From positions 15,144 through 79,143 of the IMG/VR virus record IMGVR_UViG_3300001525_000075: a DNA stretch of 64,000 nucleotides; one strand, given 5' to 3'. The stretch comes from a virus. Lineage: Duplodnaviria; Caudoviricetes. This document shows positions 34,401 to 42,104 of the stretch, piece by piece. The notes beneath the pieces were generated by a model. That model was not told where the DNA came from. It saw only the letters and a program-made list of their open reading frames with translations, and made no database searches. The position numbers were made by a program, and so were the translations under genes. How positions within the stretch are numbered: the first letter of the stretch is position 1; each line of letters begins with the position of its first letter.

Positions 34401-36446
34401 ACGATTTAAATCATAAGTTAATAAAAATTTGGAATTCTGTATCTGAGTGTAAAAAAGAATTTCCAAGTTGTCAAAAAGTTTGTAGAAAAGAAAGAAAAAC
34501 TTCAAAAAATTTTATATTTGAATATATAAGTTAAAGATATAGTCTGCTCTTTATAGTAATATAAAGATAACAAAAGAATTTATATAGGTGATGGTATCAT
34601 ACCTCAAGTTGAGCGTTTTGCATCTAAGTATGCTTTCGCTAAGTTAACTATTGAGGTATTCCATACTGTAATTGCTACACTTAATGAAAAAGCTTCTCAA
34701 CCTACTGGTAATCACTATATGTTTATATGCAACGAACGTATGTGGAACCTCATTCAACAAGTTCTTGGCGATTATCTCGCTAAGTTCAAGACTGATGGTA
34801 CTTATCTTTACTCTAAGGCTGCTAACGGCTATGTAAAGGTGGGCGCAACGTTTGATTCATATGAATACGGTGGAAATAGTATTACTTTTAAGGTTGATCG
34901 CACATTCTCACGTGAATATGGCTTTGAAAAAGGCTACTGCCTTTGCCTTGATTTAACTGCGGATTAGACTTCCGCAGAACCTCCTATTTAAATATCTAGG
35001 TAGGAGTTAAAAATAACTTCCTAATTGCTGGAAACTCTTATTTAAGACAATCAGCAGCTAAGTATTAGAATATGCAAACTTTATAAGTAGCTCTAATAAA
35101 AGTTCAGAGGCTAGTTACGAAACTTAAATTATTAAAATAATAATTGAAATGGAAGACAAATTTAAATATATAGTATATTTAACTACAAATCTTGTAAATA
35201 ATAAAATTTACATAGGAGTACATAAAACAAAAAATCCTGAAGTATTTGATGGGTATCTTGGATGCGGAGTTAAAATATCTGACAGATCGACTTATAGATA
35301 TTGTCATACTCCATTTGAATCAGCTGTTAATAAATATGGACCTTCTAAATTTAAACGAAAAACTTTAAAAGTTTTTAATAAATTAGAAGATGCGTTAGAT
35401 CTTGAACGACGGCTAGTAGATTCAAACTTTATTAAACGTAAAGATACTTACAATGTAACCTTGGGTGGAAATTTACCTCCTACATCAAAAAAAATTATAT
35501 ATCAATATTCTTTAAAAGGATCTTTTATAAAAGAATGGGATTCTATAACAGAAGCGTCCATTTTCTATAAATGTAGTTCTTCTTCTATCGGAAAAGCTAT
35601 ATTTGATAGAACACCTAGTCGAGGTTATTTATGGACAGATTACAAATATGAATACATTGATATAAATAATTTTAGAATTAATACAAATAAACATACTTGC
35701 TATATATATGATAGTTTGGGAAATTTTATAAATAGTACAACTTCTATAAACGAAGCTGCAAAACTATATAATCTTTCTTCAGGTAATATTTCTAACGCTA
35801 TATCTGGCAAATATTGTGTAAACAAACAATATTATTTTTCTTCAGTTAAATATACTAAATTCCCAATCCCTGAAAAAATTTCTTATGATGACGGCTTTTA
35901 TATGTATGATTTATCAGGTGTATTTATAAGACATTTTAAAACAATATCTGAAATACAAAAGTTTTTTAATACTAAACGAGTAAGCTCTGTATATAGAGCT
36001 ATACGAACAGGAAATACCGCTTTTAATTATCAATGGAGTAATAAAAAATTACAAAACATGAAAGAATTAAAAGTTTATAATCAAAAACGAAAAGTTGGAA
36101 AATATAGCTTAAACGATGAACTTTTAGAAGTTTTTGATACAGTAAGAAGTGCGAGAAAAATAGCTTCCGGTGTTCCACAAGTGTTAAAAGGTCAAAGAAA
36201 TACGGCAGGAGGTTATAAATGGAAATATATAGAATAAATTTGAAGATATAGTCCAAAACTCAGTAGATGTTTACTTTGAAAGGGGGTGACTTCATCTCTA
36301 ACAAGTACCTCGGTGTTGGTGGTGAAGATGGACTCAGCTCAGGTGTTGTTTCAAGTCCTGTTGCTGGTTCTAAGCTAATTAACTGGGGTTACAGTGGTGT
36401 AGGTGTATTTAATCCCTACAGATCTTTCATTTTGCGTGAAATTTGA
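28403..36446 (+). CDS. Major capsid protein, 473 aa, join(28403..28483, 29387..29524, 30487..30807, 31517..31575, 32866..33058, 34005..34040, 34578..34988, 36264..36446)
   Basis: Exons sum to 1422 nt and splice in frame: KFLG|TKPHKLG, IDSMY|FEWEVETN, LHEEG|YVKYQSN, THRV|DDSYS, DVNG|KPTISDPDTGRP|IYIGDG, EPPI|QMFTLKGG...FNPYRSFILREI-TGA. Resembles crAss-like MCP (recalled). Two TAGs (34965, 36264). Confidence 0.9.
28484..29386 (+). mobile_element. Group I intron MCP-I1 (903 nt)
   Basis: 5' exon ends in U and intron ends in G; P7 GAATA/TATTC; IGS-like AGTGCC near the 5' end. Confidence 0.85.
28636..29301 (+). CDS. LAGLIDADG_2-type homing endonuclease in I1
   Basis: IALVIGDG and LAIWYMDDGS motifs; 221 aa. 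Confidence 0.9.
   Translation: MELRKKSILIALVIGDGTINYQTKVIKGKTYKYANLEVNHSYKQLEYCKWKANLCKSITGRKCLIRYKHVPERKINNRITKSTEACRFTCCHRYFRILRKWLYPNNKKRLTSKYLKYLDEQGLAIWYMDDGSLYVRPDKSAFNCELHTHIPKEDAEDLILMFQNKWNIKFNLHHVGENQYNLRCCSYAGVKFIKLISPFVPQCMDYKLKIPERFLHECIVP
29525..30486 (+). mobile_element. Group I intron MCP-I2 (962 nt)
   Basis: P/Q/R/S elements AATTGCTGGAA, AATCAGCAGC, TTCAACGACTA, TGATATAGTCT; P1 pairing TATGTAT/GTACATA; ends in G. Confidence 0.9.
29627..30424 (+). CDS. Divergent GIY-YIG-like endonuclease with NUMOD1-like repeats in I2
   Basis: YKVIKT...YYLG degenerate motif; F..EVLKEY..LEEA..E; VYKYDINGNFICSY repeats. Confidence 0.65.
   Translation: MYKVIKTVNVKTDDYYLGIIYSEKNSFDGQLGNGVNINDPMTYQFSKTKFQQQVKEWGVKSFKVEVLKEYDSLEEAQEYLNIKLTPKEVATKECLNNTYADKLYEVYVYDNTGKFANSKILVDADTAFNGLKLDKQYLSFLYDEKGFSKAKKMQIQNRPVYKYDINGNFICSYETQVQAEKDNKYSNITKSIKLKQACRNGFYWTLQKLPKLYWKNRKWVQVYDSHYKYIRGYKFLKECQRVKGFEVRDVMNKNMLYDGCFYFYK
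30808..31516 (+). mobile_element. Group I intron MCP-I3 (709 nt)
   Basis: TTACTGGAAA / AATCAGTAGC / TTCAACGACTA / AAGATATAGTCT; IGS TACATTGCTTTCCTC pairs with the junction GAGGAAGGT|TATGTA. Confidence 0.9.
31025..31472 (+). pseudogene. Degraded GIY-YIG endonuclease in I3
   Basis: ATG AAA TAT ATA (+TA) GTA TAT frameshift; KIYIGVH...FDGYIGNG then TAA at ~31147; only a C-terminal NUMOD fragment remains (31167..31472). Confidence 0.8.
31576..32865 (+). mobile_element. Group I intron MCP-I4 (1290 nt), phase-2 insertion in a Val codon
   Basis: AATTGCTGGAAA / AATCAGCAGC / TTCAACGATTA / AAGATATAGTCT; IGS TCGACTGCGC; ends in G. Confidence 0.9.
31773..32840 (+). CDS. GIY-YIG homing endonuclease with NUMOD1 repeats in I4
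   Basis: YIVYLTTN..NNKIYIGVHKT...DGYIGCG; EAYNLE; repeated YDLNGN.I.EF.S motifs; 355 aa. Confidence 0.88.
   Translation: MKYIVYLTTNTLNNKIYIGVHKTENPDVFDGYIGCGVNMCYPSSYTDPKTPFQHAVKKYGIKSFKRYVLQIFDSEEEAYNLESILVNKSFIARNDTYNISLGGNKGNYLFPINQFNKDGNFIKSWDNMLVASEALGVSHTSINNAKLFKVSCLGYFWSTDSFINIKEYSYHVGKNVYKYTKNGELIDSYESLTNAAKSNNSLEKTIFRSIQSNIQVQGFYYSFTLVDKFIPKKLPSLKGKIVYIYDLNGNYLTKKESGSELKKYYNVKSYGCLRQALITGKPYKNTQVSLEFKDKLNPVESSTNKAKRIGVYDLNGNLIEEFESIKSASRKYGSCVFRVLNHRQKQSKNLIFKYL
33059..34004 (+). mobile_element. Group I intron MCP-I5 (946 nt)
   Basis: AATTGCTGGGAA / AATCAGCAGC / TTCAACGACTA / AAGATATAGTCT; ends in G. Confidence 0.9.
33238..33888 (+). CDS. LAGLIDADG_2-type homing endonuclease in I5
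   Basis: LALCIGDG and LAIWYMDDGS; 216 aa; paralogous to the I1 ORF. Confidence 0.9.
   Translation: MELTEEQKSLLLALCIGDGCLRKPHPKSGNVQLEIAHSTKQEEYCKWKRDLVYSIFGGKRIPKIGYKTIKLKNRDKEYKACRFTKSHPYFLYLRHLLYPNNVKVMTREILDKLTLQGLAIWYMDDGSFYKKDNEDGTKSICFDLRISTDSFSYEENVLICDFFKEKYGINFYPYKTHKEKEHSWVLRANKQAAIKFINLIKPYVIPSMKYKIEYKS
34041..34577 (+). mobile_element. Group I intron MCP-I6 (537 nt), apparent terminal A
   Basis: Full P/Q/R/S set; IGS ATAAATGGGTC pairs with the junction GACCT|ATTTAT. Confidence 0.85.
34265..34534 (+). pseudogene. Internally deleted GIY-YIG remnant in I6
   Basis: MKYVVYLTTNKINNK is fused directly to TCAGFKWSY...QYDLNHKLIKIW; the YIG motif and catalytic region are missing; 89 aa. 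Confidence 0.75.
34989..36263 (+). mobile_element. Group I intron MCP-I7 (1275 nt)
   Basis: IGS ATCTAGGTAGGAG pairs with the junction CTCCTATT|TAGAT using two G-U pairs; P/Q/R/S present; ends CAG. Confidence 0.9.
35149..36237 (+). CDS. GIY-YIG homing endonuclease with NUMOD1 repeats in I7
   Basis: YIVYLTTNLVNNKIYIGVHKTKNPEVFDGYLGCG; 362 aa; paralogous to the I4 ORF. Confidence 0.88.
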   Translation: MEDKFKYIVYLTTNLVNNKIYIGVHKTKNPEVFDGYLGCGVKISDRSTYRYCHTPFESAVNKYGPSKFKRKTLKVFNKLEDALDLERRLVDSNFIKRKDTYNVTLGGNLPPTSKKIIYQYSLKGSFIKEWDSITEASIFYKCSSSSIGKAIFDRTPSRGYLWTDYKYEYIDINNFRINTNKHTCYIYDSLGNFINSTTSINEAAKLYNLSSGNISNAISGKYCVNKQYYFSSVKYTKFPIPEKISYDDGFYMYDLSGVFIRHFKTISEIQKFFNTKRVSSVYRAIRTGNTAFNYQWSNKKLQNMKELKVYNQKRKVGKYSLNDELLEVFDTVRSARKIASGVPQVLKGQRNTAGGYKWKYIE

Positions 36447-36502
36447 TAAAATCACTGTAATAGCGTAAAGATAGCGCAAATAATATAATATATACATAGA
36501 TT

Positions 36503-36535
36503 AGGTAAGGAGTTTTTCTCCTTACCTCTCTTTTG
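36503..36535 (+). terminator. Stem-loop after MCP (terminator or processing site)
   Basis: AGGTAAGGAG-TTTTT-CTCCTTACCT perfect 10-bp stem followed by CTCTTTT. Confidence 0.6.
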
Positions 36536-36551
36536 ATTAATATGGATTAAT

Positions 36552-37394
36552 ATGAGTACGAAAGTAACTAAAAATGAACTAAGAGTAAATGATGTAATTG
36601 TATTGAGAAGTGTATATGGAAAGGTTGGACAAAAATATTATATTCAGCCTTGTAGAGACCAAAAAACAGGTAAAATGCCTGATTGTGTCAAGCACGTTAA
36701 TTCTCAGGGTGATATGATTTTAACTGATTCTGAACGTAACAGTGGTAAATATTTTATAAAAGAAAATGAAACTTTCATCATTGAAGATGGGAAAACATTT
36801 GATTTATCTGATCCTATTGAAAAAGCTCAATGGGAATCAATTAAAAATTGTATTCTAATAGCACCTGATCGTTATGCTAAAGATGCACAAGGTAATCTTC
36901 TTATTGATGGTACGGTCGGATGGAAAAGCAGAAAGCCTCGTTACGGTGTTGCGGAATTATATATTGAACGTCCTGGATATGAAGCAGTACGAAAAGTAAG
37001 CAGAAGGAAAAAGATACATCAAGCTGTATCCTTTATTTTAGATGATCCTAAAGGTTCAGAAGGTAGAGTATTAATTGCACGTTTACTTGGTAAACATATG
37101 ACTAATATTCCTGATGCCGATGTAGAAGATTATTTACTTACTATTGCGGAAAAAGATCCTGATAAAATCATTAATCTCTATACAGGTGATGATATTACTC
37201 TTAGACTTCTTTTTATGGAAGCTAAGGATAAGCATATTATTAATTTGAAAAACAAATTGTATATTTATGCTGACAACATTGTATTAGGTGCAACAGATGA
37301 TGCAGCTATTACTTGGATGAAAGATCCTAAGAATAAAAAAGTACTTGAATTAATCAAAAAAGATACTTACCCTGACCTTTATGGTGAGGATTAA
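36552..37394 (+). CDS. Conserved crAss-like protein downstream of MCP (likely auxiliary capsid protein), 280 aa
   Basis: TAG-free ORF; assignment from synteny with crAss-like head modules (inference). Confidence 0.55.
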   Translation: MSTKVTKNELRVNDVIVLRSVYGKVGQKYYIQPCRDQKTGKMPDCVKHVNSQGDMILTDSERNSGKYFIKENETFIIEDGKTFDLSDPIEKAQWESIKNCILIAPDRYAKDAQGNLLIDGTVGWKSRKPRYGVAELYIERPGYEAVRKVSRRKKIHQAVSFILDDPKGSEGRVLIARLLGKHMTNIPDADVEDYLLTIAEKDPDKIINLYTGDDITLRLLFMEAKDKHIINLKNKLYIYADNIVLGATDDAAITWMKDPKNKKVLELIKKDTYPDLYGED

Positions 37395-37414
37395 ATTTTT
37401 AAAATTTAAAAGTT

Positions 37415-38704
37415 ATCACAGCAAGACAAATTTTTGAGGGGTTGCTCATCGAACTTAGTAAAGTTCATGCCCCGTCCTTGTTACTTTAGGATTTTAATTA
37501 TCTATTTAACAAGGCTATTAACTAGTACATAAATAAACGATACAATATTTATGATGTTAATTAGCAAACTACTGATGATTTAAGAGTTTTAAAAGCAACA
37601 ACAATGTTGACTCCTACAAAAGCTTATTAGAATACTTATTTTAACAGCACAATATTAGGAACTAAACATCCTAGTATTGCTAATTTACAAGGAGCAACTT
37701 ATGAAGTAACATTACCCAATGATTACTTACATTTATTAAATTGTATTTGTGTTTATAAGGTAAACAAAACTTATAAATGCTATGATAAGGATACTTATGT
37801 TTAGTTTGCTGCTAAACGTTTAACTGCTGATGCTTGGTCTACTATCATTAATGACTTTTATAACAGACCTCTTCCTGAAAGACCTTATTATTATATTCAT
37901 AATGTAAATTAGAGTGTTTCTGAACCCACTAATTTATATCAATCTAGTATCCCGGGGTCAACTGATCAATTAGATTCTAAAATTTATGTTTCTACATTAA
38001 ATGAATATTGGGATATCGTAGGTGAAGATAAACACGGTCGTTCAATTCTTAAACCTATTGATAATAGTAAGCTTTGGAAATTATCAATTCTTGATGAAAC
38101 GGGTGAAGAAAGTACAGAATACAGTATTAATAAATTGACGTCTGTTATAACATTAATTGGTAAACTGATTAATATAACAGGTCTTGATTCACAAGGAAGC
38201 GAAACTGAATTTTACTTAGGAACTAAGAAAGTAAACGATTTAGATAAAATTTGTTTAGTAATCGAGGATTATTTACCCGAAGCTCACGAGGGGATTAATA
38301 GAAGTGAATTTGACACTAATCAATACCCTCGTACTTTAGATTTAAGAGGCAATTCTATTTCTTTAATAGAAAAACCTGCTTATCTCCGTCATTCTAATGC
38401 TACAGAAGTACGTTGTGAAATTAGATATGGTAAGGATGATTCAGTTTTTGAATTAGTAGAAGTATTAGTAGATTATATTAAATCGCCGTAGTATATTAGA
38501 TTAACTCAGGAACAACTTGATTTAACAGAGGATACCTCTCAAATTATGGAGTTTCCTGATAATGTTTGTAATGAGATAATAAATGAGCTGGTAACTGTAG
38601 TAATGGAGAATACTCAAGATCCTAGACTACAAACACATGTTGCAGTTTCTTAGTCTATTGCCTAGCCTGCTCAACAATAGACTGCTTAGCCCGCTTAGGC
38701 TTAA
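37415..38704 (+). CDS. crAss-like tail ring/adaptor protein, 429 aa, apparent ATC start (TAG=Gln)
   Basis: (M)TARQIFEGLLIELSKVHAPSLLLQDFNYLFNKAINQYINKRYNIYDVNQQTTDDLRVLK; in frame with track ORF 38135; TAA at 38702. Confidence 0.7.
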
Positions 38705-38723
38705 TTTTTAAAATTTTAATATT

Positions 38724-39617
38724 ATGTTTCAATTTACGACAACTACCGTAATTAGTGAAAACAAAGACCTTACCGCAGGTTTAGTAAAGTTTGAAGGTGT
38801 AGAAGGTGTACTTAAAGTAAAACGTCTTAATGACTTTAAGAAGGATAACATCGAAGCTGTTTACAAGCGTACAGCTACTGATCCTAAATTTGCTAAGGTT
38901 AAGTTTGCTAGTCTTCCTACGACAGCAGGTTTCTACCGTATTGCGCTTTATGTGCGTCTTTCAGGTTCTCAAAACTCTTATTATTCGAATGATTTCGTAT
39001 TTAAGGGTAAACCTTTCTACATTGAATTTGAAGTAAAGAGTGGTGAAACTGCTGCTACAGTAGCAAAGAAAATTGCTTCTAATGCTAAGAAGTACATGTT
39101 GATGGTTTACGAAAACGATCTTCTTAAAGTAACTGCTGACGCTTCTGCTGTTACTATTGAAGCAATTGATGAATACCAACGTATCACTAAAGCTGATCTT
39201 GAAAAGTATGATGATGACAAAGAAGCTTATGTAGTTACTGCTTCTGCAACTGTAGAAGAGGCAGGTGCAGAAGGCTTCGGCACTTATACTCATCTTATGA
39301 AAGATCTTCGTCTCCCGACTGCCGCCAATACTCGCTGGACTGCAATTGTGCGTGACGAAATGCCTGTTCCCGGTGTTAAATATAATCAATATACTCTTGT
39401 ATATTGTGTTAATCGTGGTATTATGGGTGGCGATGCTGTAGGTGAAGTAGTTAAATCTCGTACTACTCATGTATTCTATGTAGCTGATTCACTTGCTTCA
39501 GATTTTGAAACGGCAGTTACTACTGCTGGCGCAACAGTTACCGAAATTACGGATATTACTTCTGCTCTTGCTGAAACAGAAGCTGAGGCAGAAGACAAAT
39601 CTGTTATTACTGATTAA
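38724..39617 (+). CDS. crAss-like structural protein (likely capsid accessory), 297 aa
   Basis: TAG-free; codon usage resembles the MCP exons (AAC, TTC, CGT, AAG), suggesting high expression. MFQFTTTTVI N-terminus. Confidence 0.6.
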   Translation: MFQFTTTTVISENKDLTAGLVKFEGVEGVLKVKRLNDFKKDNIEAVYKRTATDPKFAKVKFASLPTTAGFYRIALYVRLSGSQNSYYSNDFVFKGKPFYIEFEVKSGETAATVAKKIASNAKKYMLMVYENDLLKVTADASAVTIEAIDEYQRITKADLEKYDDDKEAYVVTASATVEEAGAEGFGTYTHLMKDLRLPTAANTRWTAIVRDEMPVPGVKYNQYTLVYCVNRGIMGGDAVGEVVKSRTTHVFYVADSLASDFETAVTTAGATVTEITDITSALAETEAEAEDKSVITD

Positions 39618-39623
39618 TAATAT

Positions 39624-39660
39624 AAGCGAGGGTATCTAATACTCTCGCTTTTATTTGTTT
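39624..39660 (+). terminator. Rho-independent terminator
   Basis: AAGCGAGGGTA-TCTAA-TACTCTCGCTT followed by TTATTTGTTT. Confidence 0.75.
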
Positions 39661-39664
39661 ATAT

Positions 39665-40351
39665 ATGATATTTGAAAAATTAGCTTCTGCAATTAGAAAT
39701 GATGTTGTCTCAGGATTATAGGGGTATCATACAAATCTATCTATGTCTACAGAACAACTGATGGACGACATCGTAGATGAAAGATTACAAATATTAAAAG
39801 AATATTCTGTACAAGGAATACTTCCTGTAAAAGATTTACTATTATCTATTAATTGTATTCCTGTAGATTGCAAGGATTTGGATAAGTGTAGTAAGTGTTC
39901 AGGAGGAATGTCAGGAACTCCCATTGCACATTTTGAAGTTCCTTAGATATTAATGGATTTTGGAAATAAATCTATTGCTTATATTGGTTCAACTGATAAA
40001 CAAAATTCATTTAGATATACAACATCAATTACTAATTGGTCTTTATATAATAAATATAGAAAAAGAGGTAAAGATAAACCTTATGTTTATATAGATTCTA
40101 CACCTAATGAAAATGGGATGTATGATTGTTATATTTTCAATGCACCTTTAATTAAGCAAATATCTATTACTGCAATATTTAAAGACCCTAGACAATTAGA
40201 AGCATTCGGTTGTTGTAATGAATATTAGGATGATAATTTCTCTTTTATTAATAATGAAATTAAAAAGAGATTAACTCAAAAGAAAATACAATATTATCGT
40301 AGTTATGCTGCTCATGTTGCACCTAACGATCAAAAATATCAAGCGGGATGA
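39665..40351 (+). CDS. Tail tubular/ring protein, 228 aa (TAG=Gln)
   Basis: MIFEKLASAIRNDVVSGLQGYH; joins track ORFs 39743 and 39953; AIFKDPRQL motif; TGA at 40349. Confidence 0.65.
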
Positions 40352-41040
40352 ATGATTTTAAATATGCTTTAGTTTTAGCACATCAACTTTACGGAATTGA
40401 TTTAGATGAATCTGATTATGAAGAATTGGGTTTAATTGCTTGGAATTTCATTGGAAATAAAAGATGTAGACTTTATAAATATTCCACTAAATTAGATTGT
40501 ACTAATTTAACAGTAGAATTACCTTGTAATGCTGATATTATAGAAGCAGTAACTTACGACTTTGAAGATTGGCGTTACACTACTAATGATACTCCCAATG
40601 GAGATTTAAATTCAGCGTTTGTAGAAGGATATATTGAAAGTCGTAAAGCATTTACAGATCCTTTATATATTTCAGGTAAATATGCTCATTTTGAAAGAGT
40701 CGGAAATACTTTATATTTTGATAAAGATTACGGAAGAATTACTATACTTTATAAAGGTGTAATATTAGACGATGATGGATTACCTCAAATAACTGACAAA
40801 GAAGCACAAGCCATTGCAGCATATTGTGCATATACTGAAAAATATAAAGAAGGTCTTATGACTAATAATGTTAATATTATTAACATAGCCAATATGTTAA
40901 AGAATGAATGGAATAGATTTGTTGATGCTGCTAGAGTTAGTGATTATGTAAATCAAAATGAGATGAACGAGATATTAGATATTGGTACAAGATATGACAG
41001 AAAGATATTTAATAAATCTTATAAGCCTATTATATCATGA
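40348..41040 (+). CDS. Tail ring-type protein, 230 aa
   Basis: Track ORF with ATGA overlaps at both ends; ELPCNADIIEAVT, YKGVILDDDGLPQI. Confidence 0.6.
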   Translation: MNDFKYALVLAHQLYGIDLDESDYEELGLIAWNFIGNKRCRLYKYSTKLDCTNLTVELPCNADIIEAVTYDFEDWRYTTNDTPNGDLNSAFVEGYIESRKAFTDPLYISGKYAHFERVGNTLYFDKDYGRITILYKGVILDDDGLPQITDKEAQAIAAYCAYTEKYKEGLMTNNVNIINIANMLKNEWNRFVDAARVSDYVNQNEMNEILDIGTRYDRKIFNKSYKPIIS

Positions 41041-41477
41041 GATACGCATTAGGTGCTGCTTTTAATGTTTCAGACATTTTTGATTATTTCGATTTGAAAA
41101 AATTGAAAATATCCTAGAAGGATTGTCAATCTAAATTAGGAATTGATAGACGATCTAAATTAGCAAAAGATATGTTTAGAGAATGTTTTAATGAAGTTAT
41201 TAATGATATTATAGATAATAATGTAACATTTGAATTACCTGTAGGTAAATGTAAAGCAACAATTTATTTAAAAAGATTTGCAGATAAAGACTTTGTAAGA
41301 CTACGAAAAAAAGGTGCGTTCAAAGATGTTGACTTTTTAGCTTCTAATTTTTCAGGATATAATTTAATGTTAAGTATGCCAAGCGTAGGTAGAGATAGAG
41401 ATAAACCTATCTATGTAGACAATAACATTAAATAGAAAATAATAGATAATACTAATTCAGGTAAACAATATTGTTAA
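41037..41477 (+). CDS. IHF/HU-like basic protein, 146 aa (TAG=Gln)
   Basis: Contains track ORF 41172; NDIIDNNVTFELP segment. Position matches the IHF-like genes reported in crAss tail modules (recalled). Confidence 0.5.
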
Positions 41478-41528
41478 TTGTATTATTAATATAATTATCT
41501 TATATTATTAGATAAATAATTAATAAAA

Positions 41529-42104
41529 ATGCAAGTTAAACAATTAAAAGACTATTATGAATCAATATAGTAGAAATATCCCGGTGTTCCTTTAAGTGAT
41601 ATTAAAAAGATACTTAATTACGGGTGGAAAATCTATTATTTATATAATACACAAGGAGGAGATGTAATTATAAAGAATAAATCCTTTTGGAGTTATACTG
41701 GATTCTTAACTAAGAATACATTAAAACATTTTATTTCTTATACAAGAAAATTAGCTACAAAAATTAGAATTCTTAATTAGAGAAATAAAACTCCTTGGTC
41801 AGGTTATTATTATTTCGCTTTAACTGATAAACAATATGAAGATTATCTTAAATAGAAGAAATCAAAAGGAAGACCTAGAAAGAAATTCAATTACGGAAAT
41901 CAAATTCTTTTTAAATTATTAGAAGAGTGTAGAGTAATTAGGTTTAATAGAAAATATATTTTCAGAGTTCCTTATATTGCTGCTATAGGTTCTAGATTAT
42001 ATAGACCTAATTTTATTTCAGATAAAGCCGAATTAATAGAAACAAGAGAAACTATAAATATCTCAGATATATTAACTTCTAATTATAAATATCAATATAT
42101 ATAA
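41529..42104 (+). CDS. Basic protein, probably second IHF-like gene, 191 aa (TAG=Gln)
   Basis: Missed by the track (contains TAG TAG at 41568-41573); DIKKILNYGW; KKSKGRPRKK AT-hook-like stretch; TAA at 42102. Confidence 0.6.

Noticed and set aside
28484-36263. MCP insertions as inteins or free-standing endonuclease genes
   Set aside because: Insertions contain stops in the MCP frame and group I P/Q/R/S elements with IGS pairing; no intein Cys/His-Asn termini.
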